A DNA stretch of 62,548 bases, counting the filler, from Sluysia triapertura (lineage: Eukaryota): NCBI GenBank assembly GCA_046118255.1. It is 5 parts of 5 records of this genome, joined end to end, with 100 filler letters (N's around TTAATTAATTAA, not from the genome) between each part and the next. Parts side by side here need not be neighbours in the genome. Positions count along the whole stretch, not along the records: positions 51,349 to 62,548 come from JBJNIA010187446.1; 4 more parts are not named here. The stretch is one strand, 5' to 3'. The translations under genes and the position numbers were made by a program. Shown here piece after piece: positions 51,690 through 62,548 of this stretch (positions within the stretch are counted from its first letter, which is position 1; the number at the start of each line of letters is the position of its first letter). A model generated the notes under the pieces. That model was given only the letters and a program-made list of their open reading frames with translations, was not told the origin of the DNA and did not search any database.

Positions 51690-52620
51690 ATTAATATGGC
51701 CCTCCACACTTTAATTCCAAACGTGTTTTCATTGTATTTTTAACACTACATGGAATGTTTTTTATTTCACCATTTTGAATAAGATCTAACTCATCCATTC
51801 CCTTTTTGTTTTCTTTGACAAAATGTTCTACTTCTTTGTTTTGTCGAGTTATATTTTGTTGTCGTATCATGTCGAATAATTCAACATTATGAGAATTTTC
51901 CATTTCATACATTGGAAAGCATCATTTAGATGTTTCTTATGTCTTCATCATATTTTCTTCTTCTTTAAATGTTTCTTTTCCAATTAGAAAATCTGTTTTC
52001 GGTACTTTTTATATTCATCATTTGATTTATTGTTTACTTCTTGATATAGTTCATCGGATATCTTATATGTTTTGCTTGAACAATGGTATTGTGATTCTGT
52101 TTTATTCTTTTAGAATTTTCCTTTCTTTGTGATTTTGACGTGTCATTGAGTTGTTTTATCAAGTTTTCGTTTTCTTCTTTCTTAAAATCTTCTTCTCGTT
52201 TAGCCTTATCTGAAAACAATTTCTTTTGTAAAATTTTCAATTCATTTTATTGCTAAATTTCTGCTTTTTCGATCTTCTCCTTCTTTATGTTCTTGAAATA
52301 ATTGTTTGGTGACATTATATTCGTCCTTTGCGTCGTTGTAGAAAAGGAAATAAAGAAAGATAAAAAAATAAAAAAAATTCTGAAAGAAAGTTGTGAGAGA
52401 GAATTAGTGAAGTTAAAGGTATTAAAAGAAAATCCATTTGGTTTATTTTTTGTTTTAAAATTTTAAACTGTGAATTTAATAAATTTTGATGTGATGAGTG
52501 ATTTGGGTGTTGTGGAAATATGATTTTTTTGGTGTAGTATGATGTGTTAAAATTTTATGTAAAGATGTTGGCCACCAAAATCAAAAAATGGTCTTTAGTC
52601 TAATAATTTGGCCGCCACTA
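51690..52620 (-). mobile_element. Tc1-family derivative with K/E-rich broken ORF
   Basis: TTTAGTCTAATAATTTGGCCGCCACT (52594-52619) is the inverse of the 50324 TIR; the ORF end SVKNTMKTRLELKCGGPY resembles the Tc1 C-terminus. Confidence 0.55.
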
Positions 52621-53034
52621 AATGTTCTAAATAACAAAAAATTAGTTAACACAACAGCGTTAATATACAATTTAAAATACAACGTTTAAACGTATAAAAT
52701 TATCTGGACACAAACTTAACACTTTATTATAATAAAACGATAATATTTACCAATATTACGGTTGTTCTTAATATGAAATGATTTCAGATATCGTTTGAGA
52801 TTACCTTTAAAATAATCTTCAAAATTATAAGATTTTAAGTATAATTTTACTCCCTTTCTTGCGTCTTTATTTAAAATTATTAAAACATTCATAATTAAAT
52901 TGGTTCAGAATTGTAAAATAGGTACAAATTATTGATTATTATTTGACTGCAGTAAACTTTTAGTGTCCACAGAATAAATGCAAATTCTAATTATAAGTTA
53001 AAGTCTTTACGAATTCATTTAACATTTACAATAT

Positions 53035-53335
53035 TGTTACGCCTAAAATCAATAATAGCAATAATCCAATATTAATTTAATTCACTTAAATAAAATCTCA
53101 AATGAACTCAATATTCACTAAATCAAGTACACTTATCATAATTTTTTTATCTTACTAATGATATATATATTCAACCCAAAAATTATTTATTATTTTCAAA
53201 TCAAAAATAACAACAGAAATCAAATGCAAGAATATGCGTAAAATAACTATAATCAAAAATCAACAATAGTTCTGTTTATTAACGATATTAAGCGTGCAAT
53301 AATACGTGCAAAGAAAAACTAGAGGTGACGCAACA
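53035..53335 (-). mobile_element. TGTTGCGTC cassette, copy B (inverted), followed on plus by arm repeat 53336-53720
   Basis: Minus strand starts TGTTGCGTCACCTCTAG, ends GGCGTAACA and contains gtacttgat..gaatattga.ttcatttgaga. Confidence 0.6.
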
Positions 53336-54708
53336 ACACTTGAAAAGAAAATATCAATATCTAAAAAGTTGATGATAATAATAAATATTATATAATTTCG
53401 AACAGCCTTGTTCTATATAATAGAAAAAACGGATTTACAAAAATAATCGGACATGGAGCCTCTCGAAAATAAAATTATTCAATAATTTAATAAAAATCAA
53501 AATTGAAGTTAAATTAAATTTATAACTCAAAATATTTCAAAATAATTCGGGCAGAAAGCCTCCCAAAAATTCAGGTTTAATTGGCGATAACTTAAAAATA
53601 AGCTAAATATTTCCCCAAAAGTTACTTTCTTAATAAAATTTTATTAATGATTAAAATAATTAAATAATTAAAATAATAATAATATTACGATAGTCATGGA
53701 TTTTTTCTTATTAAATTACGCTATGATCGATTTATTTACTCATACTTTACTCTTTCAAATTTTGTTTCTATAAACTTAATGCTTTTAGATTTTATTTATT
53801 TAAATTTTATCTTTCGGTTTTTATTTTTCACAAATTTCATTCTCAATCTCTTTTCTGGGTTTAATACAAATATAACTGAAAAAACAAATTAAACAAATAA
53901 ATTTTATTTAAATGATATAATATATGGAAAAATATACAGATTTGCTTTGTGAGTCCACTTACGATCCTAGACTTATGGCTGGTTCGCAGGATTTTAAAGA
54001 GTAATAGTATCGTGAACTTACTCGAGGTAAATAAAGTTGTGGTTAATTTAAATACTAGTTAACAATTTACCGCTAATACATAGCACTACTTTATTAAGAC
54101 CTTATGATTTATGTAATTCTGATATTTATAAAGTACATTAAGGATTGTTTTACTTAGATCGTTTTAGATTGTTTTACTTAGGATTGTTTTCTTATATGAG
54201 ATCTTCGAAATAATATTTTAGTTTAGTTTCGTCTTAAATGAAACCTCAAAATCAATAATTTGATTAGGTTTGTTCTTAAATCAAATCATAAGAAATAATT
54301 TATGAAAGTTTCTTTTTAAATGGAATCTTAAAAGAATTTTTTAACTTTTTGATGTTATTCTGAATGTTAATTAGTTTGAAAAACGTAGGGTGAAATTTAA
54401 TAAATAGTTTACTAGGGTTTCTTATGAAACTGCGTGAATGAATATTTTACTAGTGTTTTATTAAATGAAACCGTGTGAACCGATATTAATTTGTAATTTT
54501 ATGACAATTTTATAATGATTCGTTCCAAAATAATTATAAAAATTACTTCAAGTCAAAATTAATAAGAATTAAAAATTTATGGTTTATTACAAAAAGCTCA
54601 ATAATAAAATTACAATAATACGGGATTGAAATAATTTAGTAATTAAAACAGTATAATATAAATGCAAAAGGTTTATATCAATTTTTTAACATTTGTTTAA
54701 GATCCCGT

Positions 54709-55260
54709 ATGACTAAATTACAAAATAATCTGTCCATTTTACCAACATGTACGGGTCAACAGAATCGGCATTCATGGAATTATCATCATGAGATACGTCT
54801 AAAGCAGTTAGTTCAAGCTTTTAATTCTGAAGCATATAAAGCTGCAGAATATTTGTGGAATTTGTTAAATACTTGTATTAAAAAAACTAAAATTATAATA
54901 ATAAAAATTAAAATTAATTAATTGAGTTGTACAAAAATTAAAAAAATCAATTTGATGAAAAGATATTCGTAAACTAAATTTAACAAAAAACGAAATCATA
55001 TGAATTCAAGATCAAAATTCAACAAAATTGGAACAAAATTCGATACAAAAAATTTTAAAAAGTCATTTGACTTAATTTCGTCATTTTCAAAATCATTTTC
55101 ATTTTCTTTATTAAATAATTTGTTTAATAGTTTATAAATACCTTTAACTTTTGATTTATTTACTTCAAATGACTTATTATAAAAATCCAATTTTCCTTTT
55201 TAATAGCTTGGAATAATAAATTACGAGAGTTTATGTATAATTTCTTTTTTCATCAGTTTT
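54709..55260. mobile_element. CR1/L2-type LINE ORF2 remnants in opposite orientations
   Basis: Plus: YHHEIR..AYKAAEYLWNLLNTCIK (ORF2 C-terminus pattern). Minus: FYNKSFEVNKSKVKGIYKLLNKL..SNDFLKFF (pre-RT tether pattern). Confidence 0.5.
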
Positions 55261-55299
55261 TTTACTTCTCCATTTGTTAGGATTGTCCGGTTAGTGTAT

Positions 55300-56607
55300 G
55301 GAAAATAGATTAAAAGGTAAGAAAATTTAAAATATATAAGAAAAGTGAGATAACATAGTTGAAATATGATAATATAAACAGAACAAGAATAATGAACAGT
55401 TAAATGTTTATAATCACTTTGAAACGAAATAACAACTTAGAGTTCCAAAGTCCTTGTAGGGCATCGAGACCCTTATGAAGGCTTTCGAGATCTTGATAGA
55501 CTTATGAAATCTTGATAGACTTTCGATTAACGTTCTAAAATGTTGGAACTTTTAAAATGTTCAAGAATCATGGTTAATAACATTAAAGACCAATTTGATA
55601 CATTAATAATTAAAATAAAAAAGTAGAAAAATGAATCAGAGTGGTAAAGGCGAAAACATCTAGAGCCCCTGAGTACCTATTAAAGTATTTAACAAATTTA
55701 TAACCATAATAAAACCTTTAAACTTAGAATAAAATAAGTTAAAATAAATAATTAATTAATTAAAATCTTAACTTAATTAAGAAAAATTACGCCTATGTGA
55801 ATAACTTTTGAATGAGGAATGCTATGTTAAAATTGTAATTGTGCATGTATGTGTTTTAAAGAGATCTTCCGATGAAGATAAGGTTTGAGTATATTTTAAA
55901 ATAGTGATGCGATGAAGGCTTCCATATCGAGAAAAGTCGAGTTTTAATTAATTTTTAACTAAAAAATTCTGAAATTTTCAATTTTAGAATGATGAAGAGA
56001 TTGTTGGGATTAGTGAAGGATAAAGGTCGATATAAGGGTTAAGACTCAGGGTTAAGGTGAATGTTATTAAAGAATTAAGATAAGGTATTGTGATGAACTG
56101 TAATCGTAATATAATCATATAAAATATTCGAATTAAAACAAAATAATGGGAATATGAAGAAATAACCCTTTCAAGGTTTTGTTTGTTAAAATATTAAATT
56201 AAATTTGTTAATTAACTTAATTAAAATTTGTTTAATTTGATAAGTCAATAAAAATTTTTGCTCATGATATAATGATATTGGATTTAGTTTATAATATTGA
56301 GTCTTATTAGTATTTTTCTTTGGTTTCTTTGGATAGATTTTGTGGTTTTAATATTACCATAAATTTTATTGTTAACTTTGAAATTTACTTATTTCTCATT
56401 TAGTTTACTTGTACTATTGTACTTGTATTTACTTTGTAATTATTATATTATTAACTTAAAGTTATTAATTTAAATTAAGAACATGATTACTAAATATCAT
56501 TATTAAAATAAGAAAATTTGTGATGAGTTATACTTGATCTATTGAATATTGAAATCATTTGAGATATTATTGGTTTATTGTTACTATTTATTTTCAAAGA
56601 CGCTGCA
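55300..56607. repeat. Inverted arm repeat (55300-56000) followed by a plus-oriented cassette ending TTTCAAAGACGCTGCA
   Basis: 55670-55990 is the reverse complement of ~1310-1620; cassette core at ~56530. Another arm piece lies at 57300-57419. Confidence 0.6.
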
Positions 56608-57959
56608 TGTTTCCTTTCTTTGCAGTGCTTTATTTTTCGTAACTCGATAATCTCAGAATCAAATCAAACTTTTTCTTTAACATCACATTTTACAACACTT
56701 TTGTATTTTAAAGGTGCATGTTTGTTTATATAAAAGGATACTGTTTTTTGTATATATGGATCGTTGTATCTACGTCGTAAACTTTTTTATTTTTTCCAAT
56801 TTGCTCGATAAGTCTTTACTCGACTCTTCAATATCAATTTTTATATCGAACACAATTTGTAATCATAAATTCAACCCTAAAAGTAAATAAATAATGATCA
56901 GATATATCTAATAGTTCATTTACTTTTATATAAGTGACGTTATTACTATCAATATTGGTTATTAATAAATCTAATATATTTCCACATTTATGACTTTTAA
57001 ATTGAATATATTTAGTAATTGCATGAATGTTTTACTTGTTTTACATTCTTCATTCATTTTTATATTAAAGTGTTAAGAAATGTAAAACTTTTGATTACAA
57101 TATGTAAAATTTTCATTAGGAAATATAAAACATTTATTGTGATAAAAATGTATGAAAATTTCAAGAAGAGAATAATGCAATAAAGTATGACTGTGATCAT
57201 TCAACTGTTGAAAGTCGTAAGGAATCAACTGGAAGCAGGTAACTTCATCTCTGAACATTTCTATCTCTTGCATAAGCTCTTTAGCCATAAAGGTGTATAA
57301 GGGTAATTACAAGGTTATTATAAGTCAATCCTTTGTAACTTTTGAGACCTTCGAGTAACCCTGTAAAATATTGGAACATTTAAAATGTTCAAGAATTAAA
57401 ATCATGGTTAATAATATTANNNNNNNNNNNNNNNNNNNNNNNNNNNNNNNNNNNNNNNNNNNNNNNNNNNNNNNNNNNNNNNNNNNNNNNNNNNNNNNNN
57501 NNNNNNNNNNNNNNNNNNNNNNNNNNNNNNNNNNNNNNNNNNNNNNNNNNNNNNNNNNNNNNNNNNNNNNNNNNNNNNNNAAAAATTATCAAAGTTTATA
57601 ATCATTTATTTATTCAACGGAAGTTTAATATTAAATTATTTATTCTAAAATAGGAAATTTATGTAATTATAATCATTTATTTTACGGAAGTTTATAATAT
57701 TAAATTAGAATATTTATGTAAATTATAATCATTTATTATCTAAAGGTTTATTTAATAGTACGGAAATTATAATTAAAATCGGATATTTATAATTATTTAT
57801 TTATGTGATTTAATTTATTACCGTTATTATAAAGGATATTATAATCGAATACTTATATTTTAAAAAGGTATATAAAGAGGTAAAAAGTTATAACATAACA
57901 CTAATTTTTTGAAGCACAAAGAGATTTAGAAATTTTTTGGAGTTCGTTGTTTAGTGTGG

Positions 57960-58190
57960 TTTTAGTTCATTCAATTTGGTTTTTAATTTATTCGATTTGG
58001 TGTTTAATTTGGAAAAGCAGTTCATTCGATTTGGTTTTTAATCTATTTGATTTGGTTTTTTAATTTATTCGATTTGGTTTTTAATTTGGAAACGCAACAA
58101 TTTATTCGATTTGTTATTCGATTTGGTTTTTAATCTATTCGATTTGGTTTTTAATTTGGAAATGCAACAATTTATTCGATTTGGTGTAAT
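57960..58190 (+). repeat. Minisatellite with core TTCGATTTGGTTTTTAAT, about 8 variable units
   Basis: Direct observation. Confidence 0.85.
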
Positions 58191-60419
58191 TTGTAATCAA
58201 CAACAAAATTAATTTGATCATATTTGGCAACACTAATATATCATTGGAAACAGTAATCGGAAAAGTTTTTTTGGTTTACGATCCAGTTACACAATTCAAT
58301 TTCGGAGTTTTTCAATTTGATTTAGTAAGCTATTATTTGTAAGTTCTCGACCCTATTCTCTGCGGTCTTAATATCAACTTAAAATCCTCATTGACATTTT
58401 GTAGTAAAAACCCACAAGTAATTTCTGGGTTAAAATCCTACGTAACTTTGAAATATTTATTTTTATTATCATTTAATTATTTTATTTGCACTAACGTCAT
58501 TTAAAGTTTTTTATATATTTTTCTTCTTATATTAATAATTTATTAAGAATTGTTATATTGTCATTAATAAAATTTAAAGAATTATCTCGTTGCTTTTATT
58601 ATTATTAAGGATTAAATCAAAGAATTTTTACCAATTAAAGATTTTTTATTTTTAAGAATTTAAAAGGATTGATTAATTGTTAAAAAAGGAAAGATAAAAA
58701 TTTAGACTAAAGTAAAGGTATTAATATATAATTTTTAAAAGATTTAAAATTCATGTAACTTATGAAACTTCTGATTTAAAAATAACGTCAATTCTGATTT
58801 TTAATATATTGTTTTAAAATAATAATTTTATCTTTGCCATTTCATAATAAAAGTTGGTCTATCTTCGGAGGAATTTTGACCACTTCTTTACAAACGAATT
58901 CTTCATTATTGATATAACTATAAAGAATATCAATAGAGATGTTGAGTTTACTTACAACTCTCTTGATATAATGTCAAATAGTTTCTTAAATTTGTTTTGA
59001 AATTTATTTTTTGTGTTTATTTCTTAATGCTTTTTGCCTTATAATTATTTTAAACCATGCAAGACTTTGTAAGATTTCTGTATAAATATTTTTTATACTG
59101 TTTAATTTGATTAGTAGAACATAATAATTATATAATATTTTTAATAATATTTACAATTGAATTTTATATTTATAATAATTTGTGCAATTGATATAATTAC
59201 CAATATAATTGCAATTAATTTTACATAACTTGTAATAATTTTATCTTTTCATAATTTAATCGTGGTTTTTATATCCCGGAGCGCATCAGTTAATTATGAT
59301 AATTTTTATTATTTTCACAAAAAAAGAAAATAATAGTTATTATTATTATTATTATTAGTTTTGGTTCAAAAAATTTTTGTAATAACAAATTTTATTATTT
59401 AAATATAAATTATATAATAATTACTTTGCCTTAATTATATTTAATTAAATACTTAATTTAATCTGCTCTGAACTGTTTTAAACATCTCCAACTTGTGATA
59501 GAAATATTAACTAGCCACCGAATCGAGATAACTGAACTTTTTTATGGTTAAATGAGTTAAACTAACTTATGAAAGGTTAATTGTTATGATTTTAAGTACT
59601 ATGCACTAAATTACATCATTTTACTAAAAAAATCGTATATATTCGCTTCTGGATATGAATTCCTTTCTATTTTATTAAAATTCGAGATTTATTTCATTCT
59701 TATAATACAAGAAAAAGAACAAGATTTAATTAGTGGTAATTTGAGAATCAATCATTTCATATGACCAGAGATTAGTTTAATTATTTAGGAATTGTTTTAA
59801 AAATTCCAATTATCGAATAGTATCGATTAGATTATTAACTAAAGTTGATCTTTATCAATTGAATTTAATTTTTAGTCACTTTTTTCTGTATAATTTCTTC
59901 CTGTGTAATAGTAGAAGACTGTTTTGTTTTATTATAAATGGATCATTGAAATTCTGCTAAACCAATTTCGTAATATAATTGTAATTATTTTAATTATTTA
60001 ATGTTGGTGATTTCTACAAATTCTACAATTTATAAAGTCATTTGAAATATCAATTGTCATATTTTCTTCAGTAAATTCATTTGAGAAAACTTCTTTATTT
60101 CGACTCTTTGGAAACTGTCATTGTCCACTGACACAAATTAAGGTGTTTTCTTTATATTATCATTTCTTGTAACAATAAGTTATTATCACTTGGTGAAAGC
60201 ATTTTATTTTAGATTTAATTACGACGAATTTTGTAATGCTTTTGCAAAAATAATATTTAAAATGATTACTATCTAATGATCCAATTTCAATTTCAACGAT
60301 AAATTAATGTTTTATCGTTGGTTGCCAATAAAAAGCAAGAATATAATTCAAAATCATGACAATAATTTATAAATGCTTACATTGGAATATTTCAATGAGA
60401 CATAATAATTTATACAGAA

Positions 60420-60640
60420 TCTACAGTGATAACAAGCTAGATGATAGGTGGTATTACGTTTGTTTCAGATATATATAACAAGTTGCCAGAGAATCTCAAA
60501 TTTATGAAATATTTAAGAAAATGGCAAAGTTCTTTCTGTTTCAGAAATATTATGGCGAATGATTTAATTTAAGCGCTTTTGAGTATTTACGCAGTAGGTA
60601 TGAGCGTAATATAAATTAATATATTATTATCATTATTGAA
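60420..60640 (+). mobile_element. 3' end of an L2-like LINE
   Basis: YNKLPENLK / EIFKKMAKFFLF (ORF2 terminal N.LP....FK..LK..LF pattern) followed by GCGCTTTTGAG...GAGCGTAATATAAATT and an ATT-rich tail. Confidence 0.75.
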
Positions 60641-62476
60641 TTTACAAGAAATATCGATTATAAAATAACAAGTATTTGATACTTATTCTTGTTTTGAAAG
60701 TCAAAAATCAATATTAAATTTTTTTAAATGTATAATAATTTATTTTTATTTTATAGTCAATATAATAATGCTTATTTACTTAATAATTCATTGATTTTTG
60801 AATTACACAATTTTCCGTACATACATTAATCACAGGCTCATTGAAGTTATGTATTTTATCTATTTTTTGTATAATACATGATTTATCAATAGATTAATGT
60901 TTCGTATCATAGAACAAATTAACGTAAACCACATTAATTTTCACTAAATAATCTGTTCCTTGTCTAATTGAAATTTTGTAAAAATTATAAGTAAATTCAC
61001 TGTGACATTATTGGCATTTTTTCTGATTGCATGGTAATATTAAATGAAAATTCAGATTCAAGTAACCGTTCGAGCTTAACACAACCAAACCATTTAATAA
61101 GTGCCTTTTTGTTTTTTCTTTATATTTAGTTTCTAAGATTGATTCAATAAGATAAATTATAAGATAGCTATACCCTAACAGTACTAGAACTTAACAATGT
61201 TACTTTTACATCACAAGAAAATTAAATTTGTTTTGGAATCTTAAATAAATAAAAGTAAGTTGTTAACGGACTAACGATTCAGAAATTGAGAATGCTAGAA
61301 TTTCAATTAGTTCATTTTAAATTGAAAATTTAGTGAATTTACATATCGAATAACTTTTTTATGGTGTCATAAATATTTAATAAGTCAAAAAATACACATG
61401 GGTAAAGTAGAAATGTCTTGCTTGAATCTCTATCAGTCAAATTTAAGAAAATTCATTCATTAATATTTTATAATTTGATTGGTAACATCGGTGATACTTA
61501 TTTTTATTTATTTATAAAACCGAGTTTAATTTTATATAATAATTTATATAATAATTTATATAATAGTTTATTTTTATATAATAATTTATAATAATGAGAA
61601 TTTTGCAGCTGTTTTAGAAACTGACTACGGATATCTGATATAAATTATTATATCTAAATTATTATTCATGAAATATTATAACTAATTTTATTAAAATAAA
61701 GTTGAAAAAAGATAAACTGATAAAAATAAATTAATTGAATTATTTTATATAAATATATTAACATCTATATATCATAAAATTAATAGAAATACAAAGTGAT
61801 CTAAATAAAATTAGTTATTATTTTGTTTACGGTGAAGTAATTATTTCCTTGATAATATATTAAGGGCCTTAATCAATTATTTAATCAACGAGATAAATAA
61901 CTGAGACAAATACTAATTAAAAATAAGACATTGCTTAATGAATAATAAAGTTTTTTCAACCGTAGAAATTAATTATTAAATTACAAATTTATATTATTAG
62001 TGAAATGATAAATTACACTAAAGTAAAATCAAAAAAGCATTAATTTCAAGTTAAAATTACAAATAATCTTTATAATTTTAGAATGCCTTGAAATTGAAGA
62101 AGTAAGCAAAAATAATAAATTCATATTTCATTAGATTTGAACTCACCATATTTGATTAGTACGTCAAACAGAGTACTAATCAAAGGCAGTTTGAGAATAG
62201 GTTTTCTCATAATATCTGCTACCGATCGTCACATGGATTATGTTTTACAAGATTTCGATTTATTGACTAAAATTAAAGGTAATAATCAATGTATTTATAT
62301 TAAACTAAAAATGAAATCATTCAATATATATTGGACGATAAAAAGTTCACATAAAAACTCAAGTATTTTAAGAAATTTTAAGAAGTGGTTTTGTTTATTG
62401 CTACCATGTTGTTCTTCACTGAATTAGCAATAATCTTATTCGTATTACATAATTTTAGATATCCATGTTAAAATTC

Positions 62477-62477
<1 letters not shown>

Positions 62478-62522
<45 letters not shown>

Positions 62523-62548
62523 TATTATTATTATTATTATTATTATTA
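62478..62548. repeat. (AAT)n/(ATT)n microsatellite; similar tracts at ~24063, ~29968, ~34005, ~37549, ~40440, ~42448
   Basis: Direct observation. Confidence 0.95.

Noticed and set aside
50324-52620. A single full-length Tc1 element defined by the matching TIRs
   Set aside because: The TIRs lie on different sides of an assembly spacer and their coding remnants point in opposite directions; more likely two copies.
57960-58190. Repeat-spacer-like array resembling CRISPR
   Set aside because: The intervening segments are short and themselves repeated, there are no cas genes, and the context is eukaryotic; it is a minisatellite.
60418-60600. Apparent plus-strand exons ending at a GTATGA donor
   Set aside because: Contains stops and matches the L2-type LINE 3' end also seen at 23780-23962.
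62082-62427. Possible plus-strand exons around a 33-nt GTAAGC...TTAG intron
   Set aside because: Splicing puts stops in the frames tested and no homology was recognised.

Overview
Very AT-rich eukaryotic genomic DNA, not prokaryotic. It is most likely a flatworm (inferred from a tegument-type two-EF-hand gene and 35-48 nt GT-AG micro-introns). Four identical 100-nt spacers (44 N + TTAATTAATTAA + 44 N) cut the window into five pieces whose adjacency is not guaranteed. Host genes supported by spliced translation: TDP1 (+, 7 exons, second catalytic half missing), a two-exon 562-aa signal peptide-Ig-Ig-TM protein (-, FAM187A-like architecture), a 71-aa two-EF-hand protein (+), two cystinosin exons (-) and three CAND1 exons (-). 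The rest is decayed transposons (piggyBac, hAT, Tc1/Tc3, pogo, L2/CR1, LTR gag, two copies of an RLE-type non-LTR retrotransposon), microsatellites and several intronless pseudogenes. Three observations stand out. (1) An RLE retrotransposon fragment sits next to a tRNA-derived repeat and is flanked by a ~95-bp direct duplication that copies the host gene's last splice acceptor, potentially giving a secreted isoform. (2) An in-frame NOXRED1-LRRC74 chimeric pseudogene lies antisense in a TDP1 intron. (3) A ~300-bp TGTTGCGTC...GACGCAACA cassette occurs in opposite orientations relative to the same long flanking repeat. All family assignments are from manual translation and remembered motifs; no database search was run.
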